DNA from: Octopus bimaculoides
Taxonomy: Eukaryota
DNA: 56,885 bases
Direction of reading: 5' to 3'
NCBI RefSeq assembly: GCF_001194135.2
Contig: NC_068985.1
Coordinates: 37,954,641-38,011,525 of the forward strand
Part shown: one piece after another, positions 11,686 to 22,709 of the stretch
Layout of the letters: every line of letters starts with the position of its first letter
Position numbering within the stretch: position 1 is the first letter of the stretch
The notes under the pieces: model-generated
What the model was told of the DNA's origin: nothing
What the model saw: only the letters and a program-made list of their open reading frames with translations
Databases searched by the model: none
Program-made: the position numbers and the translations under genes

Positions 11686-12325
11686 CAGTACTAAAATGTT
11701 AAAAAATGAAACAGACAAAAAGGAAAACATTGTTTTAGAAAATACCTGAGTAGAAAACTAAAATTCATTGAGTATTGAAGAAAATCAGTGCTCTTGCGTT
11801 TGTAATGTTTTAACTGTCAGAGGAATGAAAAACTGAAATCTTACAATTAGAAATCGCCGAACTCGACATCAAAGTAACTGAAAAGTTTGACCATCAAATC
11901 TTCCAAATCCTTCACTTTTTACTCTGCTTGAAACATTATTGTAGTAGTGTTGTAGTTTTGTTATTTTTGCTTTCCCTTTGGTGTAACCTGATTATACGTA
12001 GGCATGCATATTCTAGTTTGCCTCAGAAAATTACATTATGTAAAATATCCTGGATATATTGAGGATTTTTTAGTCAGGACAATCGAAAATTCCAAGTGTA
12101 ATCGGGTCCGCCTGCGATACATTTATACAGTCACTGAAGCCACCGGAGCTCCAACGAGCTTCACCGGAGCTTCACTAACTCGCTCTATTGTAAAGATATA
12201 TGTTGTGTATTCAGATATTATATTCTAATAGTTTGATATAATGGTATCTTCAATCATATCTAATTTTATATCAATCATATCTAATATTAGATTATATCAA
12301 CAAATTACCGGAAATAGATCAGTTG

Positions 12326-12363
<38 letters not shown>

Positions 12364-12367
12364 CCTG

Positions 12368-12720
12368 GGAAGCGTGAAGGCGCATGGCTCAGTGGGTTGA
12401 GCGTCGGGCTCAGAACCATAAGGTAGTGAGTTAGATTCCCGGACCGGGCTGTGTATTGTGGTCTTGAACAAGACGCTTTATTTCACGTTGCTCCAGTTCA
12501 CTCATCTGCAGAAATGAGTAGTGACGTCACTGGTGCCAAGCCGTATCAGCCTTTGCCTTTCCCTTGGATAACATAGATAGCAAGTAGAGGGGAGGCTGGT
12601 ATGCATGGTTGACTGCTGGTCTTTCATAATCAACCTTGCCCGGACTTGGGCCTCGGATGCGCCTCGGAGAGGAGCCTTCTAGGTGCAATCCTATGGTCAT
12701 TCATGACCGAACGGGTTTTT
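12368..12720 (+). mobile_element. tRNA-derived CORE-type SINE (family B)
   Basis: A-box-like TGGCTCAGTGG and B-box-like GAGTTAGATTCC, then cttgaacaagacgctttatttcacgttgctccagttcactcatctgcagaaatgag, which resembles the CORE domain (ccttgggcaagtcactt...ctcagtttcctcatctgtaaaatgg). Family assignment is by recall. Confidence 0.75.
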
Positions 12721-12744
12721 TTTTATTTACCATTTTACTCTGGG

Positions 12745-12905
12745 AAGCAATACATGGCCACAGGAGCAGAGATTGACAAGCTGCAGCATATGTTGACCGA
12801 CAGTAGCCTATCTGTTCCTGAGTTGAAATCGGCAATGGAGAACATGGACTATTGGAAAAACGTCTGTGCGAATCGAGGAAGATCGATCTAAGAAAACTAT
12901 TAAGT
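12745..12905 (+). pseudogene. 3' end of an RTE-type LINE ORF
   Basis: Translates ..IDKLQHMLTDSSLSVPELKSAMENMDYWKNVCANRGRSI*, matching the RTE C-terminal pattern (Y)IDQL..D.GL...EL..AM.DR..W...R.RS*. Confidence 0.55.
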
Positions 12906-13420
12906 TAATACAATTGAAATTTTACCCTTCTGACTAAACTGATAATAAATATTTAATTTTTGCATAGCATTCTAATTTTTAGAGACACGTCTGTATTTGT
13001 ATACATTCATCGCACCAAACAAACAAAAAAAAAGGGAAAATGGCGAAGTAACAACAAAACAAAACAAAAGCTACACGAAATAATGTCACATTTCATTTAA
13101 ACGTCATAGACAATATTTAAAATGATTTATATTTCAAGTCGCTTATTTACAGATAATTCATGATGTGTGCACCAATGGCATTACAATTTATATAATGGGT
13201 TGCAAGTATGTGTAAAAATAATCACATTTTAATCAATTTCTTAAATTAAACAGAGAAACACAAAGAAATAAATTTGATTTATCGAAATTTTTCGTGAATT
13301 TTTACTTGATGTTTTCCATGTAACTGTTTTGTTTCTGTGACATTTTTTCCATAGCATTTTGCCTTGTGACATTTTCTACTAAGATTCAGTAAAATAACCT
13401 AAATTACAAAGTTCCTTATG

Positions 13421-13475
<55 letters not shown>

Positions 13476-14796
13476 ACGCGCGCGCGCATACACCCACACA
13501 CCTTCTTATTCAGTTTGTTTTTGTATTCATAGTAATTAATTCTTTAAAACACAAGGTGTGGTGGCCTAAATTTTTGAAATTAGTGGAACCATTTCATTTT
13601 AATTAGAATAACAGACATGAAATCTCTAAACGGTTTGATGGAACCTTAATTTCTTTATTGCAATACTTAGAGCCAAATTTCTTTCTCCTTTTTCTTTATG
13701 GCCCGTGTAAAGTAAAATGAAAACAAAAAAGAAAATATGTAACTAAAGAACATTACCTCTTTTACCTCCCTCATGTTTTTTAGCTGTAAAATAGAAGCTA
13801 CATAATTGTTTCACGTTACTTAGGGTTCATAACTTATGTCTTGTGACTGCTTTTATATTTTACAAAACATACATTAGGTTGAAAGTTGTATTTTATATGA
13901 AGCAGGGTAAATCTTCCTGATTAGAACCTTGTGTTTAGTTCTTAAAACAAAGAGACAGGGCTTCTGTTGTGAAATAACCGAAGAAACATAATATATATTA
14001 AGATGAATTTTTCGGTACAAAGCTTTATCTAGTTTTTTTAAAGCGAGTTCTTTTTTCTTTTTTTCAAAACTGTTTTTCTGACTCTCCTAATATTTACAAC
14101 CCTCTAACTATTCTTTGTTTTTTTGTTAGAAACATCAACAAAAATAATTATATTGATATTAAGGGGGAAAAAAAATTGAAAACAATAACAGAGTAACATA
14201 GATGACGATGGTGGTATAATGTCGACAATAACAGATGCTTCTTTAAGGAGGACCTTGGTACTCACATACATGCACACATAAACACGCACATACGAAACAA
14301 CCATCACACGCATTCACTCACGTATTATTGCAAAACACCAAAACACGCTATGGATCAAACGTTGAAAGTATGATGGAAAAAGAACAAAAAAACTTCGAAG
14401 ATAAAAATAAAATACAATAATAAAACTAAACCTGTCGAAGAATCTGGGATTCATACAAACTAGGCTTGAAAGTTTAAGGGAGGTTGTAGCAGATAGAGAA
14501 GGGTGGTGTGTTAGCAGCAAGGAGCAAAGGTTTCGGTGAATAGAATTAGTTGTATTAGCAACAGCTGTGACTGTTCTAGGCTTCAACAATAGCAACAGCA
14601 AGAAAGATATATATAAAATAAGTAAATAGATAAAACAGCATAAAATAAAATATATGTTCATGAGGAGAAGGTAGAGTATATATATTTTTTTCACAGGATA
14701 TGGATGTAAAACTGGCTGTCTTAAAATGATGGGAAACAGTTCTAAAGGTTAGAGGTTGTCACTAGAGGGAGGGCTACAATATGAAGAGGTGGCAGC

Positions 14797-14842
<46 letters not shown>

Positions 14843-15585
14843 TATATGGGGTATTTGTTTTCCACTGCTAAAAAGCTTTTTCCTTAAGACAAACGAAAGA
14901 AATTTGTTGCTACAATAAATGAACAACTGCAAAGATGAAAGCTGGTAATATATTTTAGAAAAAATAATTGACACTTTAGGGTCTCGACTTCCCATCTGCA
15001 TGTTTATATGTGTGTGNNNNNNNNNNNNNNNNNNNNNNNNNNNNNNNNNNNNNNNNNNNNNNNNNNNNNNNNNNNNNNNNNNNNNNNNNNNNNNNNNNNN
15101 NNNNNNNNNNNNNNNNNNNNNNNNNNNNNNNNNNNNNNNNNNNNNNNNNNNNNNNNNNNNNNNNNNNNNNNNNNNNNNNNNNNNNNNNNNNNNNNNNNNN
15201 NNNNNNNNNNNNNNNNNNNNNNNNNNNNNNNNNNNNNNNNNNNNNNNNNNNNNNNNNNNNNNNNNNNNNNNNNNNNNNNNNNNNNNNNNNNNNNNNNNNN
15301 NNNNNNNNNNNNNNNNNNNNNNNNNNNNNNNNNNNNNNNNNNNNNNNNNNNNNNNNNNNNNNNNNNNNNNNNNNNNNNNNNNNNNNNNNNNNNNNNNNNN
15401 NNNNNNNNNNNNNNNNNNNNNNNNNNNNNNNNNNNNNNNNNNNNNNNNNNNNNNNNNNNNNNNNNNNNNNNNNNNNNNNNNNNNNNNNNNNNNNNNNNNN
15501 NNNNNNNNNNNNNNNNNNNNNNNNNNNNNNNNNNNNNNNNNNNNNNNNNNNNNNNNNNNNNNNNNNNNNNNNNNNNNNNNNNNNN

Positions 15586-15659
<74 letters not shown>

Positions 15660-15781
15660 CGCGTGTATGTGTGTGTTCAAATCAATCAAAAGACAATTCT
15701 GGTAGAAAATGCTTGTCCTGTATATGTTTTTTGAAGTAACAATATATCTATGTTTCTCTCTTTCTCTCCCTCTCTCTCTTC

Positions 15782-15822
<41 letters not shown>

Positions 15823-15849
15823 CCTCAACGTGCCTCACAAATTTTCTTC

Positions 15850-16060
15850 CTTCATAGAACAAATGCCTTTTGTTCTTGTATCAGTGTTGTACCAACTGAC
15901 TCCTCATTTGTTCATAACTTTCCTCCACATTACAGCATCTTATACACCCATACCCTTACATACACATATTACCGCCACATTCCTCTCACCTTACCTTTTT
16001 ACCCCATTCTCGCGCCCGCACACAGCTTACTTCCACGCTTTCCTCTAACACACTCAGCGA

Positions 16061-16102
<42 letters not shown>

Positions 16103-16620
16103 NNNNNNNNNNNNNNNNNNNNNNNNNNNNNNNNNNNNNNNNNNNNNNNNNNNNNNNNNNNNNNNNNNNNNNNNNNNNNNNNNNNNNNNNNNNNNNNNNN
16201 NNNNNNNNNNNNNNNNNNNNNNNNNNNNNNNNNNNNNNNNNNNNNNNNNNNNNNNNNNNNNNNNNNNNNNNNNNNNNNNNNNNNNNNNNNNNNNNNNNNN
16301 NNNNNNNNNNNNNNNNNNNNNNNNNNNNNNNNNNNNNNNNNNNNNNNNNNNNNNNNNNNNNNNNNNNNNNNNNNNNNNNNNNNNNNNNNNNNNNNNNNNN
16401 NNNNNNNNNNNNNNNNNNNNNNNNNTACTCCACCTAATAATTTTGCCGAGAGTTTTTGTCTAATCAATCTGTTTTTCCCTATCATAATTTTCCTTTCCAT
16501 TTTTACTATGCTTTCGATGACGGATTAGCCTCCGAAACGTTAAAACTTTCCATCCCTTAATAAACGATAAACTAATATCTATTAAAACCTGTCACTCCTT
16601 TGCTGTCATTTTCTTTTTTG
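15850..16620 (+). mobile_element. Possible Penelope-like terminal-repeat remnant interrupted by (CA)n and a gap
   Basis: C/A-rich low-G sequence ending in a hammerhead-like CGATGA-stem-GAAACGTT motif (16515-16541), a hallmark of PLE terminal repeats. No coding evidence. Confidence 0.35.
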
Positions 16621-16645
16621 TCATTGCTAATTGCCTTCATAATGA

Positions 16646-16676
<31 letters not shown>

Positions 16677-16698
16677 AGTATGAATGTACATACATACA

Positions 16699-16747
<49 letters not shown>

Positions 16748-17321
16748 CTTCTTACATTGCTAAGAGGATTTTGGCAAGAAGAAATGACAGATTTTAATTG
16801 ATGGAAACATGATTAGGGTTTGGGTTATACCGAAACGATAGATTGCAAAGTAACTAGTTACAAAGAACGTAATTGAAGTAATTATCGGAAGCAGATATAA
16901 TTAAAATAATATTTAGATCAAATTAACGGTAGTATTAAGGACAGCTAATAGAGTGTATCGTGTGAGAGTTTTCATTTAATTATAAGTAAACATTCAGTAA
17001 TGTGTATACCAGTATTCGTGTATATATTGAATGTTATTTCACTACTAACCTTTTGTGTTCCCTTAATTGGTTTTTCTTCATTTCGTAAAAGCATAAGAAA
17101 CGTCCCACCTCATTGGTAGATGGTAAAACTGAATAATCCTGCACAATGGCAATCCAGTGACTAAAAAGCCAGTTAAAATTTGGAATAATATATAGATGTT
17201 GATTATTCTCGATAATTCTTTAATTATATTTATAAGCCAACAATTATATTTCTAAGGTAAGAAAAAAGAAAACAAAGAAAACGATATATAAAGCAGCTAA
17301 ATCTCCCTTAAATCACACACA

Positions 17322-17352
<31 letters not shown>

Positions 17353-17837
17353 TCGCGCGCGCGCGCAAAAATACTTTTCTTCGCCACAGAACTATTTGGT
17401 TACTCATTGCTTCTCTTCACAATCACTCCCTTCTCTCTGAAACTAAAGTTTTTTTCTCTGCTCACTTCTGCCCATCACTCATGGCATATTGTGTGACTTT
17501 CACACGAAAACCTTAATATCTTGTATTTCGTCGGTTATAGTACAGAAAAAGCTAACTGCTGTTATGTCTTTTGTCAACTCACTATGAAATATATCGCAAA
17601 GAGCCGATGGTTGGATACAATTTCTATTTTCATATAGATTTAGCTATCAAATAATACACGAAAAATGTTTAGATATAGCACATTCCTAAAGAGTTGTTCG
17701 ATAACCTTAATTTGTATGTCTAATTGAAATGTCAGCAGGATTCAAGGATAATTATTGCTTCTAATTTTAAGATAATTTCTTTGTATATAAGTTTGTTCAT
17801 CTATCTATTAATAATTTCACCTTTCTTCTCGTTTTAG

Positions 17838-18134
17838 TTTCGGTCTTCGGAGAAGATTCCTTCTACTTCAGTACGATGCCAAAAAGTCAGGATGTTGTTG
17901 AAGGTTCTGACTTAACGATCAAATGTGATGTATCCGACCGGCAACATATCGTTTTCCAATGGATGTTTCGTGGCAAGATTTTGGCTAATACAAGTCGACG
18001 TTTTCAAGACAACAGCAACCTACGGATTTTACGAGTCAGTCAAGAAGATGACGACGGCCCATTTACATGCATTGCCACCAATGTAACCACAGGTTTTTCC
18101 TTACAGAGTTCAAATGCTCGTCTCAACATTCAAT
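17838..18134 (+). CDS. PTK7: Internal coding exon: end of signal peptide plus first I-set immunoglobulin domain of a PTK7/off-track-like receptor pseudokinase
   Basis: Polypyrimidine tract and AG (ctttcttctcgttttag, ending 17837) precede the exon; donor GTAAGT starts at 18135. Length is 297 nt, phase 1 at both ends. Translation: xSVFGEDSFYFSTMPKSQDVVEGSDLTIKCDVSDRQHIVFQWMFRGKILANTSRRFQDNSNLRILRVSQEDDDGPFTCIATNVTTGFSLQSSNARLNIQ(W). It has both Ig cysteines, the core Trp and D-x-G-x-F-x-C. It shares the pattern P.SQD...G, T.RRF, TG....S.NA..NI.W with vertebrate PTK7 Ig1 as I recall it. The Ig-exon call is near certain; the gene name rests on recalled similarity, not BLAST. Confidence 0.85.
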
Positions 18135-18181
18135 GTAAGTAACGCAAAAACTACTATGTTATCCATATTTGCATTTGGGCA

Positions 18182-18404
18182 TATGAGGGGGTGCTGAAAA
18201 TTTCTTGGCTTTTAGGGTGTCGCGAAGAATCTGGCTGGAGCCTCAACCTTCTGATTTCTTTTACTAGGCTGAGAAAAACAGAAAGACCGCTGCAATAACT
18301 GTATGAATTTTAGCGGGGAATATGTTGAATGAAATCATAAATAACTGATCCTCCTGTATTTTCTTGTATCCAAAGCCAGGAAATTTCCAGCTCCCTCCCT
18401 CGTA
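18182..18404. mobile_element. Mariner-type MITE
   Basis: TA-TGAGGGGGTGCTGAAAATTTCTTGGCTTT at the left end and AAAGCCAGGAAATTTCCAGCTCCCTCCCTCG-TA at the right are ~30-bp imperfect TIRs with TA ends. A second copy lies at 40923. Confidence 0.85.
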
Positions 18405-19478
18405 ACTACTGATTTGGGAAGGGTGTCAGCTATAGTATTCCTTGGTCTCACGTCACTGTTTAATAAAATACTTAATTTCCGAAAACGGTACTCTATAATC
18501 GGTGGCTATAGTTGTTTGTGTGTGTATGTATATGTGTGCATTGATACCATATATTTACTATATACGAACGTGTGTGAGCCACTGTATAATTAATTATGTT
18601 TCTCTCGCCTGTGCGATGGCATATTTTAAAAATCATTTCAATTTCGAATACCAGCTAAAGTATAGTGATCTTTGGCCTTTTAAAAACTTCCCTACAATAG
18701 CATGTCTACGAATATGTCATATAAAATTAGTCCACAATAGCCTTCATGGCTTACAGGCTTACACGATATCATTCGTTAATTCAGTTTCATCTAATTATAT
18801 ATAAAATTGAATTCCGCAATGTGGCTATTAATTTCCGGCCAACCTAGTTACAGATGCAGTTTCGATTCCAGCTTACATCTACTTAAACTTTTGATGATAA
18901 TATTATTTATAGGTGAGAAGACTAGATACCATATAATTACTATATACCATTCCTTTGATAACCCTATATAACATGTGTTAATCTATCCTACAACACATTG
19001 CAACATACTTATTTCGTATATTTCTTACCTAATTTGCACCAGAATTAAATAGCATTATACTTCAAGTGAAATATCTGAAGACGTTATGTCCATGTCTAGA
19101 ACGTTTCTGTCCAATAAAATCGATATATGCAAGTCTTAAACTTCGACAAGTGGGAATTAACAGGCGCCGCATACTAATTATACTTAATTACTGGCATTAG
19201 TACATTCTTATGGTGAAGCTGGGACAGTTTTCCTTGCTATTTGCAACGTTGAAATATTTGAAATTCATCTCAAGCACATGATGTAGTAGTATTTATGCTA
19301 GCAATTTCCCGTTAACAGAAACTACTTTAAGGATCTCGTCAAGCATTGTCATGTACCACCAAGTCGAGTTCCTGGTAATGTGTGCAAAATTATTACACAA
19401 TATCACTTAGTAACACGAAACTCGCTGAATCTGGGAGGCCATTTTTATTGAGGTGTGATAAAATAACTGACTGTGTGA

Positions 19479-19519
<41 letters not shown>

Positions 19520-20062
19520 ACAACACACATAATCACACCTACCCACGAGCCCCTATGCAAGACATCGTAATGAAGTTTAGCCTAAATAAATCGTCTTAAG
19601 AAAGAACCAGTTTCATAGTTCAGTCCTAGATACCCATTAAAACTAGAAGTTTCATAGGCAGAATGCCTTTAAATATATTTCTGCTCGAGTAACCTTCACT
19701 TTGAATTGAAATAACAGAGCTCATGCATATGCACAAACACATACTCACGCACACACACACAGATACACATGCATGCGATACACATTCATATCATTCTACT
19801 GCAAAAATAATTGTTTATTGAATAAGAATATGTTCTTTTTACTTGAAATCTATACTTTTTCTGAAACTTATTATAATGTTACTAGTGGTAGGTATCAAAC
19901 GCAAAGTTTTTCACTGGAATTTGAACTAAAAGAAACCTATCTTTGGTCATGAATTTCAGTTTATTTGGGTTATATGTATTTCGATTGTCTTGCCTATGTA
20001 GAGTGTATGCTATCTCTCTTAATTAAATTACTTTATTGCAAGTAGAATAAAACAACACAAAT

Positions 20063-20315
20063 CAATTTGTTGTTATTGTTGTTGTTGGTGGTGGTGGTGG
20101 TGGAGGCGGGGTGTAGGCGGCGTGTAGGCGGCGACGGAGGCGGCGGAGGCAGAGGCGGCGGAGGCGGCAGCAGAGGCGGAGGCGGCAGTAGCGGAGGTGG
20201 CGGCAGAGGCGGAGGCGGCAGTAGCGGAGGTGGCGGCAGAGGCGGCGGTGGTTGGTGGCCACGTCGGTACGGTGGTGGTGGTGGTAGTTGGTGTTGGTCT
20301 TGGCCTTGGCGGTGG
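20063..20315. repeat. GC-rich (GGC/GGA/GGT) triplet low-complexity island containing a 33-bp tandem repeat
   Basis: Unit gcagaggcggaggcggcagtagcggaggtggcg at 20170-20202 and 20203-20235, plus a partial third copy. Confidence 0.9.
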
Positions 20316-21929
20316 TTGAAACATTTCTAATTTGAATTACTTGCATGTTCCTAACTCGCAAATGCAAAGAATCCAAGTTTAGAAATCTGAAGATTATATC
20401 CATTCAATTTAGAAAAAATGGAGTTGAATGCTCAGGAAATTTAGAAATCCTTTCGTCTCGTCAGCCGGACTTAAGTCATTTCAGATTATGACATGAGAAT
20501 TCTAAGAGTTGACTACTATTGTTTCTTCGATGAGAATGATTAACAAGCAATATTTTCTGGAGATTGTTTATAATTAGCAAATAATTGAACAATTTCAATT
20601 ATTGTAAATAACTTATATCCTAATTTGTATTCAACAATCTTAAGCTCATCTACGCTTCACATACTCCGTAGAATTGTCTTAATCTGCAGACATAACTATT
20701 ATTACCTTTTGACTGAAGAATAAATATGGAGGAAATATAGAAAGGAAGCGATTATTATATTTCTATTTCATCACAACACTGACAATCAGAAGAATATTTA
20801 CTATATGTTGTTCAATTATTTATAACTAGGAGGCTTTCATTTATAATATAGTCCTGCACCGAACATAATACGCAATGTCATTCAATATCATGTTATTGTA
20901 GGTGGGAAATACCGTCGTAAAACTAGGTTGTTTACAGTGAAAAAGCATAATTTTTCTGGATCATTCAGAAGTTAAAGTTTATATGTGAAGTGTCTGTTTA
21001 ATCAACTATAAAATAAAATTTCTCTTCAAAATGAGACAAAAGGCTTTATTTTTTTGTTTTGTTTTCGAGTCCTCTCAAAATATTTTCCAATGATTTATCC
21101 TGGAGTTAGTGCTTTTAGCAATGTTTTGGTGTTTCTAGTGAAGAATCTTGACAAGTCACTCACCTGTATAATGGAAATTCTAAAACCAGTTAATGACGAG
21201 TGGTTTTCATTTGTCTTTGTCATGGCTATTACTACGATTTACATCATCTCCTTCATCGCTGCTGCTACCAACTATTGTTGTCATTAATGTTTGCATCGAT
21301 TGACTTGGCTGTAAAAGAAATATGATTTCAATTAAAAGACCGAGAATTTAATGCGGTTTTCATTCAATGGAAATAACTTCCCGTCTTCAATGACTAATTT
21401 CATGGTGGATATAAGAAACTAATTTGTTTCTTATAGGGCAAGCTTCGTCAGATGTCGTCTGTTATCGGCATGTCAACATGTCATTAATATCTAAGCGAAG
21501 TACTTGAACTGAATGGGTATGGTCTGCAGAAATCTTACTCGGCAGAAGCATTGTTTAGATGTTTAATTCAAACTTTATTCATTGAAACTGAAGTAAATAT
21601 AGTCAAGTTACATATAATTAAGATTTTGCTTGGGGTTTTGAGGACGAGAAATTAATATAAAAAGAAAACGCTCATATTTATACTTCAGTTGATCGAACAA
21701 CTGGACACTTGCACGTCGTTTTCAACGAGATCATCCATCATATGCATTATATGTATATATGTACGTATGCACGAATGTATATAGGTTGGTATGTGCATAT
21801 GCATTTGTTCGCATTTAACCCTATCTATACACGTGTACAAATTTGCCTCAAATTACATATATTGTTTTATAAAATACATACGAAAATGCATAGGAGTTTC
21901 ATGGGAGCTACTCTCATTTGTGCAGAGTT

Positions 21930-22109
21930 TCACACACACACACACACACACACAGACAGACTCACACACACACAGACAGACTCACACACACACACACACA
22001 GACTCTCACACACACAGACAGACTCACACACACACAGACAGACTCACACACACAGACTCACACACACACAGACAGACTCACACACACACAGACAGACTCA
22101 CACACACAC
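21930..22109. repeat. Compound (CA)n-GACAGACT higher-order microsatellite
   Basis: Repeated cacacacagacagactca units sit where SINE family A carries its internal microsatellite. Confidence 0.9.
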
Positions 22110-22110
22110 T

Positions 22111-22253
22111 CAACGGTTTTCTTTCAGTTTCTGTCTAACAAATCCACTTAAAAAGCATTGGTCGGCCTCACCCAAAGTGCCACGTAGTGGGAATGAACCC
22201 GAAGCCATGTGGTTCGGAAGCAAACTTCTTACCACACAGCCACATGTGCGCCT
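22111..22253 (-). mobile_element. SINE family A, 5' half with internal deletion
   Basis: ctttcagtttctgtctaacaaatccact...cccaaagtgccacgtagtgggaatgaaccc...cttaccacacagccacatgtgcgcct. Confidence 0.85.
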
Positions 22254-22272
22254 ATGCCTCCGCTGTGCCGAT

Positions 22273-22321
<49 letters not shown>

Positions 22322-22642
22322 AATATTGAATAGTACATCGATAATGTATGTATATATATGCGTATGTATGTATATATCTATATCTATATATACATACATA
22401 CATACATACGTACATACGCACATACATACGCATATACATACATACATACATACATATATACATACATACATACATTACTGATGTACTATTTAATATTTAT
22501 TTCGTATAACGTTGTGAAGCTACTGACATTTTAAGTAATCAAATTGGCAATCTTGAAAGACCTTCGAAATTACACTGAAACTCATGTTAGCTATATTTTT
22601 TAAAGTGTTTGATAGACAGAAAAATAATGATAGTCTTTGATC

Positions 22643-22709
<67 letters not shown>

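Noticed and set aside
13555-13660. Possible hAT or other MITE fragment (tggaacc motifs); similarly a Tc1-like start at ~28134
   Set aside because: No matching second terminus or TSD found by eye.
14990-15670. (TG)n on the left and (CA)n on the right of the gap as evidence of a flipped contig
   Set aside because: Opposite-strand microsatellites also flank the 22710-23106 gap and occur in ungapped sequence, so this is not diagnostic.
20062-20403. Gly-rich or Ala-rich structural protein exon
   Set aside because: No convincing acceptor or donor, and simple triplets are open in several frames. Kept only as a low-complexity island.
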